A stretch of DNA of 14,363 bases. It comes from Candidatus Jordarchaeia archaeon (lineage in GTDB: Archaea; Asgardarchaeota; Jordiarchaeia; Jordiarchaeales; Jordiarchaeaceae). The DNA lies in NCBI GenBank assembly GCA_029856435.1, contig JAHQXB010000103.1, positions 1-14,363 of the forward strand, written 5' to 3'. This document shows positions 7,219 to 14,363 of this stretch, piece by piece (within the stretch, counting starts at the first letter, position 1; every line of letters begins with the position of its first letter). The notes below the pieces were generated by a model. The model saw only the letters and a program-made list of their open reading frames with translations, ran no database searches and was not told the origin of the DNA. The position numbers and the translations under genes are program-made.

Positions 7219-7465
7219 CGTAGAAGGGAAGCCACATACTTAAGACGAGAGCCCTAGACTTACAAAATTATGTTTCCCGACACGTATCACACATAATGTG
7301 TGGAACGAGCGCTATTTTCATCGCAGATACTACCTCTTCCTCACCAAGAAAAAAAGCTCAAGAAAAAGCTAAAACCAATTTTGTAAGCCTCTTTTGCGGA
7401 AACGTAGAAATGTATGGAAGGTGCTAATTCTAGGCATCTAGTGTTATGGATTCGTTGTGTGTTAT

Positions 7466-7477
7466 AAAAAGAAAAAA
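7466..7477 (-). terminator. Putative oligo-T terminator of the interference operon
   Basis: TTTTTTCTTTTT on the minus strand, 18 nt after the cas8 stop; archaeal terminators are U-tracts. Confidence 0.4.
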
Positions 7478-7495
7478 GTATATCTTTGAGACAGA

Positions 7496-8641
7496 CTAAA
7501 GCGGTATTGCTTCTGCTAGTCTTCTACCTTTATAAACTATCCAACGTTCGTCGTCTTCTGTTTTCCCTCCTAATAATAGGGATGTTTCAATTCTTGAGGC
7601 TCTTAGGAGTAGTTCGTCTCGTTCTTTTTCATTTCCTTTTTGGAGTGCGAGGAAAAGTAGTTTGACTATTTCTATTGCTCGTTCTCTGATTTTAAGGTTT
7701 TCAGCTTTTGCAGGAGTGAGGGCTTTTATTAGTAAATCTTTTAGGTAGCCCTCTAATTTTTTGTCATCCTTGATTTTCTGGAGTTTTTCGCCTGATCTGG
7801 TTATGAAGGAACTTATTGGCAGGTGGTAGGATACCCCAATGGACGCTGGTTTGGACCCTGAAGGATCCTTCATGCTTAAGAGGAATAAGTCAGGCGTATT
7901 TTTGGGTAGGATTAGTGACAACCAGAGCATTACGGCTTCTTCAGGTTTCAATCCAGGAATTATTGAGAATTTTCCTTTCTCCTTTATTGGGCTCCATAGG
8001 GTGTATATTTCCGAGTATATTGAGCCTATGTCGTAGGGTAGGAGGTGTACTGTGTGGTATTCTGTTTTGCCTTTTTGTATGTCGTATGGTGCTCCTCCTA
8101 GCCGTGAAAATATGTATCCCGCGATAAGTGTCATGAGATAGTCAATGTTTAGTTTTATTTCGAGGCGTTCTTTTCCTTTCATGAAGGGTGCTCTCGTGAG
8201 TGTATAAAAGTCGGGTTTAAGTATGCTCATAGGTATGAAATCGCCGGTTCCGAATGATGAGAAGGCGGCAGTTAGCTTTTGGGGGTTGTACTTTCTGAGT
8301 TCCTGTGCATAAGTTTTTAATGCTTCCACAAAGGTGCTTCCCTGTGGGAGATTAAGGCTTTTTTGAAATGTTCCGAAGGTTTTTTTCTCGTTGCCTGTTA
8401 ATGGTATGTCAATTTTGCGGTCTTTAGTATATTCTTCAAGTCTTCTTGCAGCACGTTCCATTGTTTGAGCTAGAACCTCATTTACGTTTACTGCTTTTGT
8501 TTCTATTATGGCTTTGTCCCCTTGCAGCCTTAGGGATTTAATTTCAGAGCTTAGTGTAGCGTTTAGGAATGTTAACATTAGGTATCTTAGTATACCTACT
8601 GGCGGAACAACTATTTCTAAATAAGTAGGACTCGACATCAT
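7496..8641 (-). CDS. cas8a2: Type I-A large subunit Cas8a2 (Csa4-like)
   Basis: 381 aa; last gene of a csa5-cas7-cas5-cas3'-cas3'' operon, the position of cas8a2 in Thermoproteus-style I-A loci; FIPMSILKPDFYTLTRAPF resembles the Csa4 conserved block; ATGA overlap with cas3''. Confidence 0.75.
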   Translation of the reverse strand: MMSSPTYLEIVVPPVGILRYLMLTFLNATLSSEIKSLRLQGDKAIIETKAVNVNEVLAQTMERAARRLEEYTKDRKIDIPLTGNEKKTFGTFQKSLNLPQGSTFVEALKTYAQELRKYNPQKLTAAFSSFGTGDFIPMSILKPDFYTLTRAPFMKGKERLEIKLNIDYLMTLIAGYIFSRLGGAPYDIQKGKTEYHTVHLLPYDIGSIYSEIYTLWSPIKEKGKFSIIPGLKPEEAVMLWLSLILPKNTPDLFLLSMKDPSGSKPASIGVSYHLPISSFITRSGEKLQKIKDDKKLEGYLKDLLIKALTPAKAENLKIRERAIEIVKLLFLALQKGNEKERDELLLRASRIETSLLLGGKTEDDERWIVYKGRRLAEAIPL

Positions 8642-9411
8642 TTAATCATCTCCTTAAGTTCTTCCAAAAACTTTCTTCTTGATTTATTGACTTGAAGTCC
8701 CCTCTTGGAATATGCATCTATATTATCTGCTATTAAGAGAGGGTTCATTATGAGGACATAGAGTTTAGGCCAATGATATTGATTCATACTAATGCGTTTG
8801 AAATAGTCACGTAACCAGGTTTGGAAATTATTAATGTCTTGACGGCTAATTTCGATAGCTTTTTTGATAGCTTCTATGGGAGTACCGTACTTCTCAAGAA
8901 TTTTTAGGTTGTTATTCTCGCAGATTTGGCTTTTTGCAATTTTGGTTAAATCGTCTAGTAGGGTTGATATGTAGGGTAAGGCGGTAACTATTTTACTAAT
9001 TGCATCCTTGAAGGCATGATGATGGTTGAGGACACTTAGAGTTAGGAGAAGTTTTTCTTCATTACTTAAATTTCCGTTATGTTCTCCATATTTGTAGCAA
9101 GCTACTGCTGAAAGTATTTCATGATGTTGAAAGCCTACTTCTTTTTTACATTGGCATTTTTCATCGAAGTTTCTTTGGAAGTACATGTAGGCTTTTCCCA
9201 AATCGTGGAAGAGTACCGCTATTTTTATAATTTTTTTAATTTTATCCTCGTTAAGGTTTATTTTTCCCCCGGAGGCTGCCCGTAATCTTCTTGAAACCAC
9301 GCTAGCGTAGGTTGGATTTTTTTCCAAAAATCTGTCCGCAATTTGTATACATCCCTCTACATGGTCTATTAGTGATTGTCCAATAAAAGCACATGGCTTC
9401 ACCAAAATCAC
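8638..9411 (-). CDS. cas3'': Cas3'' HD nuclease (stand-alone)
   Basis: 257 aa; DHVEG, LFHDLGKA, HHEILSA, NHHH and ADNIDA HD motifs; GTGA overlap with the cas3' stop. Confidence 0.93.
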   Translation of the reverse strand: MILVKPCAFIGQSLIDHVEGCIQIADRFLEKNPTYASVVSRRLRAASGGKINLNEDKIKKIIKIAVLFHDLGKAYMYFQRNFDEKCQCKKEVGFQHHEILSAVACYKYGEHNGNLSNEEKLLLTLSVLNHHHAFKDAISKIVTALPYISTLLDDLTKIAKSQICENNNLKILEKYGTPIEAIKKAIEISRQDINNFQTWLRDYFKRISMNQYHWPKLYVLIMNPLLIADNIDAYSKRGLQVNKSRRKFLEELKEMIK

Positions 9412-11051
9412 CCCACGTAACCTGTCTCCTTATCTATCTCCTCCACGACAATGCCTTCAAAATCCCTATCAATAAGACCCAGACTGAGAGATGGTTCGTT
9501 AAGCAGTCTGTTAAGCTTGTTGGTGTCTAGTTCTTCAACTTTTCCATCTCTGACTACCTTCGCTGTCCTCCTTAGAGCCCTTTTTGCCATATCCTCAGAT
9601 AATCCCACTGCGTAATCCAGATAGTTACTATTAGCTAAATCCTTGCTGTCGAAAGCCGCAACTATACCAAAGGAATCCGTTAATCCTTTAAATGTCCTCA
9701 AAATTTCTGCGGCGATATCTTTGTCTAAAACTGGATACATATCAAGCATTTCTAGAGCCTTCATTAGGTCTTCCTCAAATCTTGGAGGCTCCCTTTTGCC
9801 ATAAATTTCAAGGTTCATAATGTTTTGAAGTTCAAGTTCAATTTCTGGCCTTGGGCGGTAATCGCCTCTGCTTATTCTCTTAATGCAAAGTAATGTATCC
9901 TTAATTACGTCACTGTCGTATACTCCGCGTTCAGATAGTGGATTTACAATTAGAACTTCTCCTTCGTCGTGTCCGGGTTTTCTGGCTACTCTTCCCATTC
10001 GTTGAATGAGTCTATCGGGAGGACAAATCTCGCTTATCAGTACGTCGAAACTTGCGTCTATTCCCGCCTCGACGACCTGAGTTGCTATTAGTAGCTCAGC
10101 TTCCTTCAGTTTTTCTGAATTTCTCTTTTTCACATTTTCAGGAAGTCTTCCGTGGAGCAACAGTGGGCTGAGATGCTTTAGAGCATTGTATATTTCCACC
10201 GCATTTTTCACTTCATTTATTACTGCTAAAACCCTCTTTTTCTGTTTCGTTTTTTCAACAATCAAATCAACAATACTCTCGGGGCGAAAATCTAGTACTA
10301 GTTTCTTCTTAGATCTGGTTTCCTCAAATTTGTCCCTCAATGGTTCATATTTAATTTCCTTCTTTTTGATTCCATATTTGTCTAGTTCTGAACCTATGGA
10401 TCGAACTAGTTTATTGGGCATTGTAGCCGACATAATAATAATTGGGACGCCCGTAAGCGCCAGTAAAACCATTGCCTTTATGGCTGTGCCAAGATTTTTT
10501 GCTTCTTCTTTAAAAGTTGCCATAGGTGAAAAAAGGTGGAACTCGTCAAACACTACCATTGAGGTGTATATGTTACCTCTCGGAAATTCAAAATGTGCAA
10601 CATTATGCTTAAGTAGTTTTGCTAACTCATAGGCTGGTGCCTTAAACAGGTTCAACATGAAAGTGTCCAATGTGACAATTACACATCTTTTGGCAAAGAA
10701 AGGCGAACCGGGATGACCCATATGTTGAGCTCCAATGTTCTCAGCGCCTAATTTAAGCTTTTTGAACCAATCAATGAGACGTTTATATAGGTCGTCAACA
10801 ATGCTTCTCATGGGAAGCACATGAATTACTTTAGAAAAATATTGGTTTCCGCCTATTGCTGCCTCTGCCAGGGCAAGGGTCATGGCTGATTTTCCATATC
10901 CAGTTGGAAGCTCCATAATAAGAACATTTGGCTCTCCCGCCTGCAAGAGCTCTTCCAACGCTTCCAACGATTCACTTATGGCAGGCCTCGACTCCCAATT
11001 AAGCCTTGAGCAAACTGACTCGTAATGTTGGACTAATGTTTCCAGGTTCAT
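9408..11051 (-). CDS. cas3': Cas3' SF2 helicase
   Basis: 547 aa; ELPTGYGKS (Walker A), DEFH, MSAT, LLHGRL, ATQVVEAGID, QRMGRVAR; no fused HD domain. Confidence 0.96.
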   Translation of the reverse strand: MNLETLVQHYESVCSRLNWESRPAISESLEALEELLQAGEPNVLIMELPTGYGKSAMTLALAEAAIGGNQYFSKVIHVLPMRSIVDDLYKRLIDWFKKLKLGAENIGAQHMGHPGSPFFAKRCVIVTLDTFMLNLFKAPAYELAKLLKHNVAHFEFPRGNIYTSMVVFDEFHLFSPMATFKEEAKNLGTAIKAMVLLALTGVPIIIMSATMPNKLVRSIGSELDKYGIKKKEIKYEPLRDKFEETRSKKKLVLDFRPESIVDLIVEKTKQKKRVLAVINEVKNAVEIYNALKHLSPLLLHGRLPENVKKRNSEKLKEAELLIATQVVEAGIDASFDVLISEICPPDRLIQRMGRVARKPGHDEGEVLIVNPLSERGVYDSDVIKDTLLCIKRISRGDYRPRPEIELELQNIMNLEIYGKREPPRFEEDLMKALEMLDMYPVLDKDIAAEILRTFKGLTDSFGIVAAFDSKDLANSNYLDYAVGLSEDMAKRALRRTAKVVRDGKVEELDTNKLNRLLNEPSLSLGLIDRDFEGIVVEEIDKETGYVG

Positions 11052-11885
11052 TCAGCCAACCCCACTGGCTATTAGAATCTCCCCATCGACTTCAAATGCC
11101 CTCCCCCTAGTCAATTCAACCGTAACAAGCGTAGAGCTGATTGGCGTTTTAGTACCTGGAATTATGTATTCCTCAAACCGTGCACTTGCTTCTCTACCCC
11201 AACCACCACTCCAAAACATTTCCATGTAATATCCACCCTCTACAACGCTACCCAGAACTGCGGGAAAGTAATACCTAGTTTTCAATTTTCTATCCTTAGT
11301 GGGCGTGGCTTCAGACAACTTTACATCAATTACAGAAATTATGGACTCTCTGCTACCAATTCTAGTCATTTCCCAAGCCGCTTTAACTAATTCATTTTCA
11401 AAATTTCCATCTACGACTTTACTCATTGAGTCATCTATGAGAAATGCTGCAGTTAGTACCCCACTAGGATAGAAAACCTTACCCACTGGAATGGCTCCTG
11501 TTCTGAATTTCATCGTATACCTTCTTCCACCAGCAAGTATTTCATCCTCTTCGCTTTTTGTTGTTTCGTGAAAGAGGATAGTATTGTACTTGCTTAAATC
11601 CTCCCAAATTATTGCAATGTTATCCAGATATGCAGATGCACACACCACGTACTTTTCTATTACCATCGCGGGGCTCAGAATACTATTTTTCTCAAGCTTA
11701 ATTGTCTCTCCCTTTATTTGTTGCCCATCTAACTTTAAGACCCCTTTTTTAACTAGAGGATAGGCGAGGGCCCCTATGAGAGTGGTTGGAGGAGGGAGAG
11801 GGGTGGCGCTCTGATACTTACTGGTTCCAGGAGACCTTATCCAAAAACCCCAGTGGTACTCTGCTTTAACTTTCAGAACTAGCAT
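11052..11885 (-). CDS. cas5: Cas5 (type I-A Cas5a)
   Basis: 277 aa; YHWGFWIRSPGTSKYQSATPLPPPTTLIGALA and RIGSRES motifs; stop directly abuts the cas3' ATG. Confidence 0.93.
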   Translation of the reverse strand: MLVLKVKAEYHWGFWIRSPGTSKYQSATPLPPPTTLIGALAYPLVKKGVLKLDGQQIKGETIKLEKNSILSPAMVIEKYVVCASAYLDNIAIIWEDLSKYNTILFHETTKSEEDEILAGGRRYTMKFRTGAIPVGKVFYPSGVLTAAFLIDDSMSKVVDGNFENELVKAAWEMTRIGSRESIISVIDVKLSEATPTKDRKLKTRYYFPAVLGSVVEGGYYMEMFWSGGWGREASARFEEYIIPGTKTPISSTLVTVELTRGRAFEVDGEILIASGVG

Positions 11886-11906
11886 TAAAAGAGACTCCTT
11901 CTCTTT

Positions 11907-12920
11907 TTAACCCTTCTTCATTGTCATATCCACAAGTTTGCTCATAAAGTCTTCCGGGGTTTTGGTTACCTCCACACCCTCCACCCCTTCGGCAGCGTCT
12001 TCCTTGTCGAATGCCAGAGTAGAAACTGTGACATTACTCTGTAACTTTTTCATTACGGTTGAGAAAGTTTGCGCTCTTTTAACAGACTCTCCGATGAATT
12101 TTTTAGAATTTCCAGGACAAACAATAAAGCTTGCATTAGGCGAGTATGCTGCTATAGCTGATAGGGGTTCAATGTTTGGCAGGAACCTACTTCTCTTAGC
12201 ACCACACTGAAATTGAGTTAGAAATTGCGCTAAAGCGGACAATGCTCCCACCACTCGAGCGTCCCTTTGCTTTGCAAGCTCACTCTCATCTTTTTGATTC
12301 CTCTCTCCAAATTCTGTTGAGGGAACAGATATTCTAGAAATATCCAGATTAAAAGTGAATGTGTAAACGGCAGATCCCACTTCAACATTGTAGGGTTGTT
12401 GGTACTGTTTCATAGAAGAGGAAGCATATCTCACTTGAAACTGAGACTCCAAAGCTGCGGCTTCAGTTTCAAAAACTGCAGGAAGCATATACCCAACTTG
12501 AAAGGTGGACGTCCTCTTTATAGGATAAGCTCCTGCATAAAGGAAACCGCCCACATCACATACATAGTCCTTGAGCATAACCTGTACTTCTGCGTTCCTT
12601 ATCCCGTTCTCATTCTCAGGGATAGAAATTCCAGCTTCCTTTATGAGTTTATCATCCGTGAATTTTAAAAACTCGCCGCGCTCCGAGTATGGCGAAAGGG
12701 GCAGTTTTCTTTTCTTTGCTTCCTCCACTAGGTAGAACTGATATGCATGGGCAAGTGATTCTCCTGAAATTGCTGGCACAAATCGAATGGAGTAACTCCC
12801 ATCCTGGCCCGTGATTATGGGAGCAGTTCTGTGTCTTACTAAGTTGCCTACAGTCTCAACACTGTTAAGACTTTCCAAATTGACTAAAAGCCTAAAGGCT
12901 ATGCTTAGAAATCCTTCCAT
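11907..12920 (-). CDS. cas7: Cas7 (Csa2/DevR family) backbone subunit
   Basis: 337 aa; LNSVETVGNLVRHR, VPAISGESLAHAYQ, DVGGFL, KRTS and GAKRSRFLP motifs of I-A Cas7. Confidence 0.96.
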   Translation of the reverse strand: MEGFLSIAFRLLVNLESLNSVETVGNLVRHRTAPIITGQDGSYSIRFVPAISGESLAHAYQFYLVEEAKKRKLPLSPYSERGEFLKFTDDKLIKEAGISIPENENGIRNAEVQVMLKDYVCDVGGFLYAGAYPIKRTSTFQVGYMLPAVFETEAAALESQFQVRYASSSMKQYQQPYNVEVGSAVYTFTFNLDISRISVPSTEFGERNQKDESELAKQRDARVVGALSALAQFLTQFQCGAKRSRFLPNIEPLSAIAAYSPNASFIVCPGNSKKFIGESVKRAQTFSTVMKKLQSNVTVSTLAFDKEDAAEGVEGVEVTKTPEDFMSKLVDMTMKKG

Positions 12921-12921
12921 A

Positions 12922-13353
12922 TTATGCCTCCTTTTCCTCCCTCTTAGAGAGGGCTGATGCTACCATAGACATGGCATAGCTTGCCACACTTCGGGCTATT
13001 CTTATGTTTTTTGAAGCGTCTTCAAGGAAGTTTTTAATCTGCTCATCGTCTGCTAGGTAACCAGAGACTGTATCTACTACTCTAGTGTTATCCTTTTTTG
13101 AAACAATTTTTACCACTTTTAAGCCTTCCTTTTCCTTATGGGGCTCCTCAAATATTCCCTCCGCTCCCTCTGTTTCAATACTTCTCCTCAGAAGATTTTC
13201 AAGGATTCGAGAGTTTTCATAGAGTGCTCTGCTTACACTATCGTAGGATAGGGCATTGGCTATACGGTCTATGATAGAATAGCTCCTAGAAGCTATGCCA
13301 ACTGCTGCGAGTGATGTGGCTACACCTCGATATTTTTTTAGGTCTAAACTCAT
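12922..13353 (-). CDS. csa5: Csa5 (Cas11) small subunit
   Basis: 143 aa; IIDRIANALSYDSVSRALYE motif; first gene of the operon, 1 nt before cas7; AAGGTGA SD upstream. Confidence 0.85.
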   Translation of the reverse strand: MSLDLKKYRGVATSLAAVGIASRSYSIIDRIANALSYDSVSRALYENSRILENLLRRSIETEGAEGIFEEPHKEKEGLKVVKIVSKKDNTRVVDTVSGYLADDEQIKNFLEDASKNIRIARSVASYAMSMVASALSKREEKEA

Positions 13354-13390
13354 TCCTAATCACCTTAAAATTTATATGACCTAACCAGCA

Positions 13391-13430
13391 TATATATTTT
13401 TTGGTTCCATAGAAATGAAATTTGTTTCAT
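13391..13430. promoter_or_regulatory. Divergent csa5/csa3 control region: minus-strand BRE/TATA-like element (about 13391-13405) and palindrome ATGAAA-TTTG-TTTCAT (13415-13430)
   Basis: Minus strand reads CCAAAAAATATATATG about 38 nt before the csa5 ATG; the palindrome lies just upstream of it. Confidence 0.55.
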
Positions 13431-13485
13431 CAATTTGAAACACAACTAGGGGAAACAAATAATTGTTCTAAAACCATGGAACAAG

Positions 13486-14127
13486 ATGATGAAAATGATA
13501 CTAATAGTCACACTCGGCTTCGATGAAAAATTCGCATTAAGAGCCATAATGCGAAGAGGAATAAAAGAAGGAGACAAACTCCTAGCCCTACTACCCCAAA
13601 AAGGAGATCCAAGAGGAGAAAAAGCCTTCCTAACCCTGAAGCAAACATTACTAAACATGCTTCCAAAACTAGAAGTGGAAAAAGCCGAAATAAACATTCA
13701 AGATCCATACGGAGCAATTTCAAACCTCAGAAAAGTACTGAAATCCTTAAGCCTAAAAGGTGAAGAACTAATACTAAACATCAGCGGAGGACAAAGGTTA
13801 CTCATAATCGAAACACTCGCAGCCGCCCTAAGCCTCAATCTAGGAAACCTAAAACTTGAGCTGGAAACAGAAGACTCATCATTATATTTCACAACCTCCC
13901 TAGACATCATGCTCCCAATGGATCTAGACAAATTAGATTTAGATATACTCAAAAAAATAGCTGAAAAAGGTAGCGTAAAATTAACAGACCTACTAGATAA
14001 AATAGAAATCCCAAAAACAACCCTATGGAGAAAACTAAACAGACTAGCAGAACTAAAATTACTCGAAAAAGACAAAGACAACTACATCCTAAGCGACCTA
14101 GGGCGAAGCAGAGTCGAACCCACCTAA
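13486..14127 (+). CDS. csa3: Csa3 CARF + winged-HTH transcriptional regulator
   Basis: 213 aa; LIVTLGFDEKFALR and ILNISGGQRLL CARF motifs; C-terminal wHTH (LTDLLDKIEIPKTTLWRKLNRLAELKLL). Start may be 13486, 13489 or 13495. Confidence 0.93.
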   Translation: MMKMILIVTLGFDEKFALRAIMRRGIKEGDKLLALLPQKGDPRGEKAFLTLKQTLLNMLPKLEVEKAEINIQDPYGAISNLRKVLKSLSLKGEELILNISGGQRLLIIETLAAALSLNLGNLKLELETEDSSLYFTTSLDIMLPMDLDKLDLDILKKIAEKGSVKLTDLLDKIEIPKTTLWRKLNRLAELKLLEKDKDNYILSDLGRSRVEPT

Positions 14128-14363
14128 ACTCAAGTTGCCCCAACCAAAATAAACACTCAACACAAATTATGACTCACCCATGGCGATAGAGATTTAGTCG
14201 GCTTTGGGGAAGATTTTTGAAATTTGATGTGCTTTTATAACACCACTATTTGAGGCGGTGTTATTTGAGACACCTGCTAGGAAGCAACTCTCACTCACGT
14301 TTCCCGTCCTACATGACGCGGCTATCATATCCTCCTATCCTACGACAAAAGTCTACACTGAAA

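Noticed and set aside
755-14143. Remaining short ORFs antisense or off-frame to assigned genes (e.g. 755-1009, 2601-2978, 3694-4056, 4726-5139, 7816-8127, 10186-10632, 11938-12210, 13698-14081)
   Set aside because: They overlap well-supported genes and show the Ser/Phe/Leu-rich composition typical of antisense shadows.
14180-14363. Stop-interrupted frame ending ...LHDAAIISSYPTTKVYTE, vaguely like a PIN C-terminus; also an 8-bp inverted repeat ATAACACC/GGTGTTAT
   Set aside because: Too short and cut by the window edge; the similarity is not sufficient to call a pseudogene or a leader.
1-14363. tRNA, rRNA or CRISPR array
   Set aside because: No cloverleaf, rRNA-like segment or regularly spaced direct repeats were found by eye.

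Overview
Archaeal type I-A CRISPR-Cas locus, judged from gene content, GGAGG/GGTGA ribosome-binding sites and TATA/BRE-like promoters; the lineage cannot be assigned from this window. The right half holds a minus-strand interference operon, csa5(cas11)-cas7-cas5-cas3'-cas3''-cas8a2, transcribed divergently from a csa3 CARF-wHTH regulator. The left half holds a plus-strand adaptation operon, cas1-cas2-cas4, led by a tightly coupled Cys-rich DUF2797-like gene rather than csa1. Upstream of it are a vapBC pair and a 524-aa helical hypothetical gene. No cas6 and no CRISPR array are visible. Unexplained structure includes: (i) a diverged ~156-bp inverted repeat (2014-2169 / 7059-7218) bracketing vapBC, the DUF2797-like gene, cas1/2/4 and a frameshifted Csa5-like gene; (ii) a 28-bp-arm hairpin at its left edge; (iii) the palindrome ATGAAA-N4-TTTCAT upstream of both cas operons; (iv) a hairpin holding the cas5 Shine-Dalgarno in its loop.
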